DNA of 64,000 nucleotides from Candidatus Anderseniibacteriota bacterium (GTDB lineage Bacteria; Patescibacteriota; JAUYIX01): assembly GCA_046350855.1 (NCBI GenBank), contig JAXLZM010000001.1, positions 217,420-281,419 on the forward strand. The letters run 5' to 3'. The stretch's first letter is position 1. Every line of letters begins with the position of its first letter. The notes beneath the pieces were generated by a model that saw only the letters and a list, made by a program, of their open reading frames with translations, did not search any database and was not told the origin of the DNA. The position numbers and the translations under genes were made by a program. Shown in pieces: positions 47,174 through 56,507 of this stretch.

Positions 47174-48118
47174 TCACTGTTTCTCCGTGAGACGTCGCCG
47201 GTTAAAGTCGCGCTGCAGGTCACTCACGCCTCGCAAAGCCTTAGAAGCGAGCGCTTGGCGATAGATCAGATTGGCCTCATCGTACGAGAGTCCCTCACTC
47301 ATTGAGCTCAGGATCATGTTGGCTCGCTCGTAGGACTCTAGTGAGTCACCCATGTCCAGCCAAGGTCCGTCCACCATCTTGAGGTCGAGCGTACCAAGCT
47401 CCACGTAGCGTTGGTTGACCTCGGAGATCTCGTACTCACCACGAGGCGAGGGCTTGATTTCCCGAATCACATCAAACACCGTGGCAGCTTCGTACACGTA
47501 CACACCAGTGACGATCGTGTTTGAGCCGATGTACTCGGTGGGTTTTTCTTGGATCTTGATCACCCGACCGTTCGCGTCCATGACAGCTACCCCAAACTTT
47601 TGCCAATCGTCGACACGATAGCCGTAGATGCGTGCTCCGTGACCGTCGCGCTCCTTGATAAAGTCTTGAACGATGGTGTTCATCCCCTCGCCCAAAAACA
47701 TGTTGTCACCCAGTATGACCACGATGATGGCGTCCTTGGGAATGACCCCTTCCAACTGACGGAGTGCGTCGGCAATCCCCTTGGCATCATCCTGGTTACG
47801 AGTAAAGAAGTCTGGGATTGGGCAGCCGTCTGGCACAAAGGGATAGTGAGTGCCGCTGCCCAGATAGCGACCGACGGCGGACATGTGCTCACCACCCGTG
47901 ACCACGTGAATCAGTTGGATCTTGTTGCGTAAGAGCGTCTGAATCGGCCAGTCCAACATGACGGCACCGATACGTTTGCCGAGCGTAGCGTACTCATGCG
48001 GTACGCGATTGAGCATCGCGCCCATAGAGAGTAGGTGCTTGTTGGTGGTCTTGGTCAACGGCCAAAGGCGCGTACCCATGCCACCCACGAGCAAAACTCC
48101 GATCACCGGTCTATTCAT
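47174..48118 (-). CDS. sugar-1-phosphate nucleotidyltransferase (RmlA-like) with a ~20-aa insertion
   Basis: MNRPVIGVLLVGGMGTRLWPLTKTTNKHLL(SMGAMLNRVPHEYATLGKRIG)... Confidence 0.6.
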   Translation of the reverse strand: MNRPVIGVLLVGGMGTRLWPLTKTTNKHLLSMGAMLNRVPHEYATLGKRIGAVMLDWPIQTLLRNKIQLIHVVTGGEHMSAVGRYLGSGTHYPFVPDGCPIPDFFTRNQDDAKGIADALRQLEGVIPKDAIIVVILGDNMFLGEGMNTIVQDFIKERDGHGARIYGYRVDDWQKFGVAVMDANGRVIKIQEKPTEYIGSNTIVTGVYVYEAATVFDVIREIKPSPRGEYEISEVNQRYVELGTLDLKMVDGPWLDMGDSLESYERANMILSSMSEGLSYDEANLIYRQALASKALRGVSDLQRDFNRRRLTEKQ

Positions 48119-48192
48119 TTGTTGTAAGAGCACCTCCTGCCGGCCGGATGCTAGCACTGTCCTTTGGGCTTAGCTAGAGGTAGGATTCTAGT

Positions 48193-48657
48193 ATGAACAC
48201 ACCCAGCACACCACGCATCCCGAGCAAAGCCGAGCTCAAAAAAAAGCTCTCTCCAGAGGCCTACGCGGTTACCCAACACAAAGCCACTGAGGCACCCTTC
48301 TCGGGTAAGTACGTGCACACTAACGAGGCCGGCATGTATGTCTGCGCGGTGTGTGGGACACCGCTGTTTAGTTCCAAAACAAAGTTTAGCTCTGGGACGG
48401 GTTGGCCCAGCTTTTATAAACCGACCTCTGAGGACAATGTTGTGTTGCGCGAGGATACCTCTGGTGGGATGCGTCGCACAGAAGTCATCTGCAAAACCTG
48501 TGGCGCGCACTTGGGCCACGTCTTTGACGACGCACCGGATCAACCGTCCGGCAAACGCTTTTGCATCAACTCCTGCGCGCTTGAGCTTAAGCCTGAGAGT
48601 CAGTCCAATCAGAGTGGCCAGAGCGACGGCGCAACACCTCGCCCAGCAAAAGGCTAA
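48193..48657 (+). CDS. msrB: peptide-methionine (R)-S-oxide reductase
   Basis: ...YVCAVCGTPLFSSKTKFSSGTGWPSF...RTEVICKTCGAHLGHVFDDAP... (MsrB with Zn CxxC pairs). Confidence 0.85.
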   Translation: MNTPSTPRIPSKAELKKKLSPEAYAVTQHKATEAPFSGKYVHTNEAGMYVCAVCGTPLFSSKTKFSSGTGWPSFYKPTSEDNVVLREDTSGGMRRTEVICKTCGAHLGHVFDDAPDQPSGKRFCINSCALELKPESQSNQSGQSDGATPRPAKG

Positions 48658-49306
48658 GCAGTCCGAGGACCGCCCCTCCCCCACCAATATAGACGTGGGC
48701 GCTATGGGGCAGGGTCGCGAGTCCAGGAATCTGCTCTAAAATCGAGTGCGAACCCAAGACATAGAAGACGCCCACCCCGAGCAAAATGAGTCCAATGATC
48801 ACGAGGCTCAAAGCCCCGGCCGGAAATTTTTTTTGTGGCGGGAGAGCGGGGGCGGCTGCTACCTCGGCCGGCTGTGTAGTAGCCGTGGTCGCTTTTTTCT
48901 TGCGGCCAAACCAGGCCAGCACTCCCACGAGGATCGCGGTAACCAGTACCGTCGCTCCGATGGCCAGGGCGAGAGGTAGTGCTTGGCTCGGAGGTGGTTG
49001 CACGTAGTATTCAAAATCAAAGGAGTCGTCGTGGGTCGCAACCGTCAAGGTAAGTGGCCCCTCACTAAGTCCCTCCACGAACGTGGTCGAGTTAGCTTGG
49101 GTCAGCGCAAAGCGCGCAACTACCTGGCCAGCTTGTTGAGCCGTCAGCGTGCAACCACACTCCTCACCCGTCACCTCCACAAAGACCGTAGTGGGCTGGC
49201 TGGCGATCGGTTCGTCATTAGGATCAACGTGCACCGTTACATTGACGGTGGCGTTTTTTTCAAACTCGTGCGCCAGGAGGAGAGGCGCGGGCAAGAGGTA
49301 GCTCAT
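48587..49306 (-). CDS. secreted/membrane protein (YtkA/CopC-like fold?)
   Basis: A 239-aa ORF. It overlaps the msrB 3' end convergently by ~70 bp. Confidence 0.35.
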   Translation of the reverse strand: MSYLLPAPLLLAHEFEKNATVNVTVHVDPNDEPIASQPTTVFVEVTGEECGCTLTAQQAGQVVARFALTQANSTTFVEGLSEGPLTLTVATHDDSFDFEYYVQPPPSQALPLALAIGATVLVTAILVGVLAWFGRKKKATTATTQPAEVAAAPALPPQKKFPAGALSLVIIGLILLGVGVFYVLGSHSILEQIPGLATLPHSAHVYIGGGGAVLGLLSLLLGEVLRRRSGHSDWTDSQA

Positions 49307-50052
49307 AGGCCGTGCTTATGGCCAATCGTACCACTAATCAAACTGGCGTAGCCAAGATAGAGTGCGGCCGCGACGAGGAGCACCAGGAGAGCTTTTTCGG
49401 CCGCAGCCTGCACAGCGCTTGGTTGAACCGTCCGACGCCGCAGCTGCACTATTGAGGCCCACACTTTAAGGAGGGTCAACATAATTGCGCTCACAATAAT
49501 CGAGAGGGCCAAGGGTCGGCGTGTATCGATAAAATCTGAACCGATGTAGATCACGTGCAGGAGCGCAGCGGGCGTAAAGAGATAGGTCAGGCGGTGCAGC
49601 TGCTTCCAACGTTTGCCGAGTTTACGCACCGCCCAGTCATTGGCCGTTAGCCCCAAGGCAATCAACCCAACTAATGCGACCGTCCCAAGTGCAATCGAGA
49701 GGGAGTAGGGATAACTCAAACGCCCAATCGTTACAAACGACCCATGGAACGCAAAAAAGAAGGCAATCGCAACATGCACCAGCACAAAGAGCAAGCTTGT
49801 GAGGCCGATCGCCCGACGTGCTCTGACCAAAAGTGCGGTCAATTGTCCACGTGGTGCCGCTACGCTCAACAACCCCGGTATATAGGTGGCCAAGAGCCAA
49901 ATCAGCGCCGAGAGTCCAAAGTTACGACCGAGTTCGGCCACGGCGGGACTAAAGGCCGGGAGCTTAGCGAGGGTCCAACCAACGAGCAGGATCGACCAAA
50001 GTACGGCCAACCCATAGACCAAGGCACGAATCCAGCGGTAGAGCCACGTCAC
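49303..50052 (-). CDS. ferric-reductase-like transmembrane domain protein (MsrQ-like)
   Basis: 6 TM helices, ...WKQLHRLTYLFTPAALLHVIYIG... Confidence 0.5.
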   Translation of the reverse strand: MTWLYRWIRALVYGLAVLWSILLVGWTLAKLPAFSPAVAELGRNFGLSALIWLLATYIPGLLSVAAPRGQLTALLVRARRAIGLTSLLFVLVHVAIAFFFAFHGSFVTIGRLSYPYSLSIALGTVALVGLIALGLTANDWAVRKLGKRWKQLHRLTYLFTPAALLHVIYIGSDFIDTRRPLALSIIVSAIMLTLLKVWASIVQLRRRTVQPSAVQAAAEKALLVLLVAAALYLGYASLISGTIGHKHGL

Positions 50053-50054
50053 AA

Positions 50055-50582
50055 TTATCCGCGCGAGTGATCGAGGTCGCAGGTCTTAGAAAGATCGACT
50101 TCGACCCACGTCTCCCGTCCAAAGAGCTTTTCATCAAAAATTTTGAGACGGTGCGGCCGTATGATGAATGGTACAACCTTGACGTGTTCAACCGCATGTG
50201 AGCCTGGATCAATCTTTTTGCGATCAAATTTTGGGAACCGCGTTAAATAGAGGCTGACAGCGCTATGCAATTCCTGCAGGTTGGCTTGGTGAGCCGTACC
50301 GGTAAATTGAATGCCACGTCGTGGAAAGCGCCAGGTTTGGTTGGTATTAGCGATTGGTTCTGAGAAAAAGATAAGACAAAAGTTTTTATCGTAGCTAAAG
50401 ACCACGACGCAGGCGTGCGGCTCGCCGTACTGCGTCGTACTAATAAACATGAGCGGGGTTTGCGAGACGATCTCGTTGATGCTCTGCAGCAGTAACGTGG
50501 GTTTGTATTTTTTGTGACTAACCGCAAAAGTAAGTGGCGGGAGATCCGCAAAAGGACGGGGGCTGGGCGTGGTAGTTTGCAT
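50055..50582 (-). CDS. pyridoxamine 5'-phosphate oxidase family / FMN-binding split-barrel protein
   Basis: A 175-aa ORF with the general-stress-protein-26-like fold pattern. Confidence 0.4.
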   Translation of the reverse strand: MQTTTPSPRPFADLPPLTFAVSHKKYKPTLLLQSINEIVSQTPLMFISTTQYGEPHACVVVFSYDKNFCLIFFSEPIANTNQTWRFPRRGIQFTGTAHQANLQELHSAVSLYLTRFPKFDRKKIDPGSHAVEHVKVVPFIIRPHRLKIFDEKLFGRETWVEVDLSKTCDLDHSRG

Positions 50583-50601
50583 AATTAAAGTTTAGCAGAT
50601 G

Positions 50602-51753
50602 TTAGCTCGGACCGTACTGGGCTGATTCGGCCAACGTGAGAGCAGCCAGGAGTGTAGCGACCGGGACCGCAATTACGAGGGTCATGCTCCCGATCAGCGT
50701 GCGCGCGATCTCCTCGGAGACGACGTCACTATTGAGAATGGTCCAGAGGGGTTGGCTTTGATAGTAGGAGAACAAGAGCAGGAGTGGCAGCGAGGCACCC
50801 GTGTAGGCCAAGACGAGCGTGTTAACCAGTGAGGCGATGTGCTCACGGCCGACCCGCAGGCCCCGCGTAAAAAGCTCGCGCCAGGCCAGGGCGGGATTGG
50901 CAGATTTGAGTTCGGCCACGGTAGCAACTTGGCTGGCCACAATGTCGTCGATCACACCGAGCGTACCGATGATGATGCCGCCCAGCAAAATTCCGCGCGT
51001 ATCGACCGTGAGGTCTCCTAAAAATTGCAGATAGACGCCCTCCTCCGAGCCGGTTCCAAATAGACGCAGTCCTTTGACCGCCAGAATTGCCATGAGGCCG
51101 GCTAGCAACAAAGCGGCCAAAGAACTAATGAGCGAAATCGCGGTCCGCAGGTTAAACCCGTGCGCTAGCGGTAAGGCCAACGATAAAATAATCGTGGCTG
51201 AGAGTAGGGTAACGCCGAGTGGGCTGGAGCCACTCAGTAAGCTGGGTACCGAGTAAAGGGTTAGGACCGCGATAGTGACGCCCAACCCAACGATCGAAAA
51301 AAGTCCTTTGCGGCCGGCAAAAATGAGCACAACCAAGGCAAAGAGACCAGCCAGCACGTAGAGACCACTGAGTCGTAATTTGTTGGCCACAAAAAAGCTT
51401 TGGGCGTTTTGGGCACGCATCAAAACGAGTTTTTCGCCCACGCGGGTTTTGAGATACGGACGCGTGTCAGAGAAGCCGGAGACCTCGAGTTCGACGGTTT
51501 TGTCTTTGTAGTCGCCTTTGCTCAAAATGAGCGCCCGAATTTTTTGGTAGGCCTCATCCGAGGCACCGGTGGGACGAGTTCCCTCCTCCAAAATCTCAAC
51601 GACGCGCGCTTTATAAAAATTAGTTGGAGTCGTTTGAACGGGCGTGCGGGGTGAGCGATCGGTGCGCCAAACTAACAGGATCGTTGCAAGCACCGACAAA
51701 AGAGCCATTACTACGACAACGGTTCGGCCGGTTTTTGCAAGACGCGTCAACAT
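50602..51753 (-). CDS. YibE/F family membrane protein
   Basis: ...GVIDDIVASQVATVAELKS...LVNTLVLAYTGASLPLLLLF. Confidence 0.6.
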   Translation of the reverse strand: MLTRLAKTGRTVVVVMALLSVLATILLVWRTDRSPRTPVQTTPTNFYKARVVEILEEGTRPTGASDEAYQKIRALILSKGDYKDKTVELEVSGFSDTRPYLKTRVGEKLVLMRAQNAQSFFVANKLRLSGLYVLAGLFALVVLIFAGRKGLFSIVGLGVTIAVLTLYSVPSLLSGSSPLGVTLLSATIILSLALPLAHGFNLRTAISLISSLAALLLAGLMAILAVKGLRLFGTGSEEGVYLQFLGDLTVDTRGILLGGIIIGTLGVIDDIVASQVATVAELKSANPALAWRELFTRGLRVGREHIASLVNTLVLAYTGASLPLLLLFSYYQSQPLWTILNSDVVSEEIARTLIGSMTLVIAVPVATLLAALTLAESAQYGPS

Positions 51754-51854
51754 TTTGCGATTGTACCTGGTTTGATTTGGACGCGCTACGTGCTAGCCTA
51801 CGTCTCCGTTCTTTGTAACTACCAACACGGGCGAACCCGCCCAGAGGGAGAACC

Positions 51855-52148
51855 ATGGCTTACACTCACTCCTGTCAAAGACTCCGTAGCTTGATCTTGG
51901 AAAAAGCTCCAGAAAGCTACGCCTCCGACAAAAACGTTGACGATCACAACTGGTCTCCCACCCTCGACTATTGCCTCTGGATGCTTGATCAGATTCTACC
52001 CATGCCCAGGAGCACCACCGTAGCGGGTGCGGCCAGGATGGGTCGCTGGATCGGGTACGTCTTTGCTCGGCTAGAGTCAGTCGGTCTAATCACCAACAAA
52101 GACTCACGGGACATGGCACGTGTCGATACCCAGACCAATGACGTCTAA
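51855..52148 (+). CDS. hypothetical protein
   Basis: A 97-aa ORF with an RBS (GGGAGAA) before the ATG. Confidence 0.4.
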   Translation: MAYTHSCQRLRSLILEKAPESYASDKNVDDHNWSPTLDYCLWMLDQILPMPRSTTVAGAARMGRWIGYVFARLESVGLITNKDSRDMARVDTQTNDV

Positions 52149-52229
52149 GTGTCATGCGCAGCCTTAATTTTCAAAAGGACCAGCTTTGGTGAGCTGGCCC
52201 TTTTTTCTTTAACGCACTCGAGGGCAGAA

Positions 52230-52673
52230 CTACTTTTTACCTTGGAACTCCTGCTGGAGTTTGTGCTTGTGACGCAGGTGCGCTTTGAGGTGGGCCTTGG
52301 GGCCGTGTGGACCGTGCTTACGATGCAAGAGCGGCAAAGGAATTTTATTGTCCTTAGCCCAGATCTTGAGCTCTTGGTGCTTTTGCTTGAGGGCCTGGTG
52401 ACGCTCTTTAGGGGTCTTATCCTTGAGACTTTCTCTAAAAGCCTGCAGTTCCTTAAGTTTGGCCAAGATCAGATCACGCTGCTCGGCGGTCAATTTGCCG
52501 GCTTCAACCGCTTGCTGCAGTCGATCAGCGATCTTTTTTTGATGCACCGCTTTGAGTGCACCGACCTGCCCGTCGACGGGTTTGGGGCCAGCGGCCGAGG
52601 CCAGGCCAACGAGTGATCCCGCTCCGAGTACGGCCAAAAGACCGCCCGCGAGCAACGACTTTTTGAACTGCAT
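52230..52673 (-). CDS. LTXXQ-motif periplasmic protein (Spy/CpxP/ZraP family) with a His-rich C-terminal tail
   Basis: Signal peptide, then ...LTAEQRDLILAKLKE..., then the tail HRKHGPHGPKAHLKAHLRHKHK. Confidence 0.55.
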   Translation of the reverse strand: MQFKKSLLAGGLLAVLGAGSLVGLASAAGPKPVDGQVGALKAVHQKKIADRLQQAVEAGKLTAEQRDLILAKLKELQAFRESLKDKTPKERHQALKQKHQELKIWAKDNKIPLPLLHRKHGPHGPKAHLKAHLRHKHKLQQEFQGKK

Positions 52674-52793
52674 AGGTATGTGGTTACTGATTAACCTGGC
52701 GAGAATACACGCCCGCCCTGTGAAAGCAATGCGAAGAAAAACTGCCGAGTAACAAATAGTTCACACGATGTATACCTACTCGTCTAGAGGTAC

Positions 52794-53648
52794 TTAAGAG
52801 GCCTTTTTAGCGCTTTTATGTTTGTGGGTTATCCCGTAGAGCAGACGGGCGACCAGTGCTGCAAGCAGTAGTCCCAGTCCCACAAGAACCGCCCAACGGT
52901 ACGGGCTGCCCAAAGCACGCATGATAGCCGGGCCGACGTACCCACCTACATAGCCAATCACGGCCGAAGTCTCAGCCTGACCGGGTGGTGCGGCCTGTTG
53001 CACAAATGAGCGCTCGACAATAAGAGTTGCGGCTGCAAAGGGCAGTCCCATGACGAGTAGGACAACACCTGGGCTGACTAAGCGCCCAAAGCGTCGTGAG
53101 AACCACACCAGCACCCCCAAAAAAACTAGTGCCACAGCGGCGGCAATCCAGGACCAGTGCACGAGTCGCAGATGCATAGGGTGCGTAAAGAAAGCCAGCA
53201 CACCCAGCTGCTCAGCGGGACTACTACCCTTGAGCATACCCTGCCGTTGGTCAACGTTGTAGATTTGTTGGGCCAATTTTTTAAAAATAGTGAGTCGGAT
53301 CTCACGGGGAGTTTTACCGGTTAGATCCGCGGCTCGTACGGTGATGTCTTGACCGGGCAGGGGCTGGAGCGTGCCAGTGGGTGACTCGGCTAGTTGCTGA
53401 CGCAGCTGATCGATATCGGTCGGATCGTCCAAGCCATTTTGGCTAAAGAGCAGGGCGGTCGAGGTGGTCATGACGTCGATCGCAGTAGTTGGCGCGGTTA
53501 CCCGGGCCAAACCAAAAAGCAGGAGTGCTGCTCCCACAAACAAGGCCGCGAGCAAACCCGCGATCCATTTGAGGTCGAGCTTCCAGGAGGAACGTGTATC
53601 AACGTGAGCGACGGCGGTCGCCCGTGGGGAAGTCTGTGCCATGGCCAT
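52794..53648 (-). CDS. hypothetical membrane protein
   Basis: A 284-aa ORF with several TM helices. Confidence 0.4.
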   Translation of the reverse strand: MAMAQTSPRATAVAHVDTRSSWKLDLKWIAGLLAALFVGAALLLFGLARVTAPTTAIDVMTTSTALLFSQNGLDDPTDIDQLRQQLAESPTGTLQPLPGQDITVRAADLTGKTPREIRLTIFKKLAQQIYNVDQRQGMLKGSSPAEQLGVLAFFTHPMHLRLVHWSWIAAAVALVFLGVLVWFSRRFGRLVSPGVVLLVMGLPFAAATLIVERSFVQQAAPPGQAETSAVIGYVGGYVGPAIMRALGSPYRWAVLVGLGLLLAALVARLLYGITHKHKSAKKAS

Positions 53649-53683
53649 AGTATACGCACAAAAAATGTACTACACTACCTGCT

Positions 53684-53926
53684 ATGGCGACTAACAAAGT
53701 TCGGCATGATACGGCCATTTTGGCTCTCATCCTCAACATCCTTGTGTTACCGGGGATAGGCACACTTGTTGCTGGCCGAACCACCGAAGGCGTACTTCAA
53801 CTAACCTTGTTTTTGGTCTCGATCCCCTTGTGCCTAATCTTGATTGGGTTCCCCCTCATGCTGGCCATGTGGATTTGGTCGCTCGTCACGGGTATCGACA
53901 TTCTCAACAAAGCGCAGCCCAATTAA
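53684..53926 (+). CDS. small TM2/PspC-like membrane protein
   Basis: An 80-aa ORF with two TM helices. Confidence 0.4.
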   Translation: MATNKVRHDTAILALILNILVLPGIGTLVAGRTTEGVLQLTLFLVSIPLCLILIGFPLMLAMWIWSLVTGIDILNKAQPN

Positions 53927-54513
53927 GCCGCGGTCGTCGCAGAGTTTTTTGGTTTTTGTAGCTTACCGACCAGTAGGCTAGCCACGAGCGTTGTAATCAG
54001 GGTCACCCCTAGACCGAGAGCGAGCATGGTCATGAGATCCGCCTCGCGCGCCTCGATCTCTTTGAGCGAACGGCCCACGACGATGTAGCCCTCGGCTTTA
54101 CCGTCCTGAGTTTTGTAGTGCTCGATCACCAGCGCCTCACGTACACCGTCCTGGGGCTGCCAGGTGATGCGATTTTGCTGGCCGTTGTCGGTCTCGTGTA
54201 AAGCGCCACTCGGGACGATCGCGGGGTTGTTGTTAAGGGTGACGGTACTGGCCATGACCTTGCCGTCTTTGTCATACAAAATCACAAAGGGAGCGCTGGT
54301 CTCGGTCAAATCAAGTTTTTTACCGGCATCCAGGGCGGTTGGATCTTGTCCAGCGGCAAGATCTCTCGCCAGCTCTTGCACGATCTGGACCTGTGGATCA
54401 TCGGCGCTACGTCGGTACACTTGCTGAACGGTTGCGTAGAGCAAGCCCGTTACAAGGATGATCGCTAGGCCTAGCGGAATCCAGGCTAAAAAACGTGAGA
54501 CAAAATAGTGCAT
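53923..54513 (-). CDS. hypothetical membrane-anchored protein
   Basis: A 196-aa ORF with N- and C-terminal TM segments. Confidence 0.4.
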   Translation of the reverse strand: MHYFVSRFLAWIPLGLAIILVTGLLYATVQQVYRRSADDPQVQIVQELARDLAAGQDPTALDAGKKLDLTETSAPFVILYDKDGKVMASTVTLNNNPAIVPSGALHETDNGQQNRITWQPQDGVREALVIEHYKTQDGKAEGYIVVGRSLKEIEAREADLMTMLALGLGVTLITTLVASLLVGKLQKPKNSATTAA

Positions 54514-54554
54514 ACGGAACTAGCCTAGCACGTATCACTCAGTACTGACGGGCT

Positions 54555-55670
54555 TTATTTGCTCTTAGTGCTTTTAGCAGCCTTAGCTTTGCCCTTGCGA
54601 TTGGGGTGCTTGCGGTAGTGACGGACGATCAAGAAGAGTGCCACCAGGAGGATGATTGCGATCAGACTGGCGCTGTAAATCGAGAGCGCCACGGCATCTG
54701 GCATGACAAACATACTGACAACCGGTCCGCGGAGTGCGAGTTCGTCCTTGTCATCCCAGGGCTTCATGGTGACGAGGGGCTCGCCAAAGTCGGCACCCTC
54801 AAGACGATCGATTTGCGAGCTATCCGTGACTTTGTCCCCCTTAGCGGTGTAGCCCGAGCCATCGATCTCAACCAGCGAACTGATTTTAACCCAGCCACCC
54901 CAGCGCGGACGCGCGATCGGGAAGTTCATAGTGAGAGCTTCGCCGGAGAGCGACAAAAATTGTCCGCCATCTTTGTGCAACCCGTTGCCAAAGAGCGCAC
55001 GGCGAGTTACGACATTGGCAACCAGATCCTCTGAGACGTTGCCACCATTGGTGACGGTCAGCGAGACGAGCGGCTCGGCTCCGGTGCGATCAATATGCAT
55101 GTCGGTAATCTCGAGACTGCGCTTGACGTCACCGGGAACGGTAATACTTACGCGGATTCCAGAGCGTGTCGTAATGTGGATCCCAGCACTGGTGCTTTGG
55201 GCTTTGCTCTCTTCTACTACAACGCAAGCCTCATGTTCACCCACGGTCGCATTATCGGGCACTTTAATCGTAAATGGCACCAAGACGGTACTGTGCGAGG
55301 CAACCGTGACCTCGCGCTTGTCACCAAAATCGAGCCAAGCTCCGACGGAATCGGGTTTTTCGCTACGCTGTGCGCAGGTAAAGGCTCCATCACTCGAGAC
55401 GGCCGAGTCGGTCGCGTAGACCAGGACTTTACGATCGGTATCACTACTATTGATGACGTTGACGCCCTCACCAACCGAGGCACCCGGGCTCAACGTGTGA
55501 ATAAAAATCGATTCCGTGTGCGGATCATTTTTGAGCGGATAGGCCGGCCGCGCACCGAGTCCTGCTACGGCTTGGCTGGCTTGCGGTACCAAAATTCCTA
55601 CCAACCCAAGTATAGCCACCAACCCAATGATAGCGTGGCGAGTGCGGCGGACTGATGCGGTTAAAACCAT
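54555..55670 (-). CDS. cell-surface protein, DUF916 + DUF3324 (CscA-like) with a C-terminal TM anchor and basic tail
   Basis: Signal peptide. It ends ...IAIILLVALFLIVRHYRKHPNRKGKAKAAKSTKSK. Confidence 0.5.
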   Translation of the reverse strand: MVLTASVRRTRHAIIGLVAILGLVGILVPQASQAVAGLGARPAYPLKNDPHTESIFIHTLSPGASVGEGVNVINSSDTDRKVLVYATDSAVSSDGAFTCAQRSEKPDSVGAWLDFGDKREVTVASHSTVLVPFTIKVPDNATVGEHEACVVVEESKAQSTSAGIHITTRSGIRVSITVPGDVKRSLEITDMHIDRTGAEPLVSLTVTNGGNVSEDLVANVVTRRALFGNGLHKDGGQFLSLSGEALTMNFPIARPRWGGWVKISSLVEIDGSGYTAKGDKVTDSSQIDRLEGADFGEPLVTMKPWDDKDELALRGPVVSMFVMPDAVALSIYSASLIAIILLVALFLIVRHYRKHPNRKGKAKAAKSTKSK

Positions 55671-55690
55671 GTTCCTCCCTTAGCTAAAAC

Positions 55691-56392
55691 TTACAGAGCA
55701 ACTACCGATAAAACCATGTTCAGGGCGTAGCCGCTGGCGGCTGGTTGTTCACCCGGAACTTTTTGACTAATCGAAACGCCGCGGAAACGCCAGTCACCAA
55801 TATCGTTGGAACCCGCCGCAGCCGAGAGGAGCGTCACGCTGTCGGTCGTATCTTGTACAAAGGGGGTCGAACTACCCTTAGAAATACCAGTGGTGGCACA
55901 GCTGGCGCATTGACCGGTCAAGAGAGTACCGCCGCTTGGATCAACCGTCATTTGACCACCCTTGCTATCGGCATCCGCACCATCGGTACAACCGGAACCA
56001 CTCGAGTCATTGAAGTCATAGGTATTGCTACCCGAAGTCCAGAGGTCGGTCGTGGCAGAGGCGGCGAGTGACAAGGTCCAACCGTTATCGGCGCCGTCTG
56101 GGTTTTGTACGTAGATGTTTTCGGTCGAAGTTCCAAAGCTACCGGTTGAGGTCTGACAACTAAAGGAGAAGGTCAACGTACTCATTGGGACCGAGGGGCT
56201 CGCTACCGAAGCATAGCTGCCGTCCACAATGTCCGTGGTGAGCGTCCCGGCGTTAATGTTTTGCGTAAACGATGAGGTGTTGCTAGCTAACACATAGACC
56301 AAACCGCCGACCGTCGCAGCCACCGCAATGATAGCAACGACAATAGCGACGAGCGCTCCGGCCGATGAGGCAACCTTTTGTGGGAATGTCAT
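55691..56392 (-). CDS. WxL-domain surface protein
   Basis: Signal-anchor N-terminus. ...GWTLSL... and C-terminal ...DWRF... WxL-type motifs. The C-terminus is paralogous to 62485..63834, and both end ...VVAL. Confidence 0.5.
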   Translation of the reverse strand: MTFPQKVASSAGALVAIVVAIIAVAATVGGLVYVLASNTSSFTQNINAGTLTTDIVDGSYASVASPSVPMSTLTFSFSCQTSTGSFGTSTENIYVQNPDGADNGWTLSLAASATTDLWTSGSNTYDFNDSSGSGCTDGADADSKGGQMTVDPSGGTLLTGQCASCATTGISKGSSTPFVQDTTDSVTLLSAAAGSNDIGDWRFRGVSISQKVPGEQPAASGYALNMVLSVVAL

Positions 56393-56507
56393 ACGCGGCT
56401 AAGTATCTAATTTTTTAGTCGGGCCGTCAATGACTTTTGCACATGTACCTCGCACAGGTGGCTTTGCCTTGGTACTCGCAGAGCGTACACTGGGAGGACT
56501 AAAGGAT

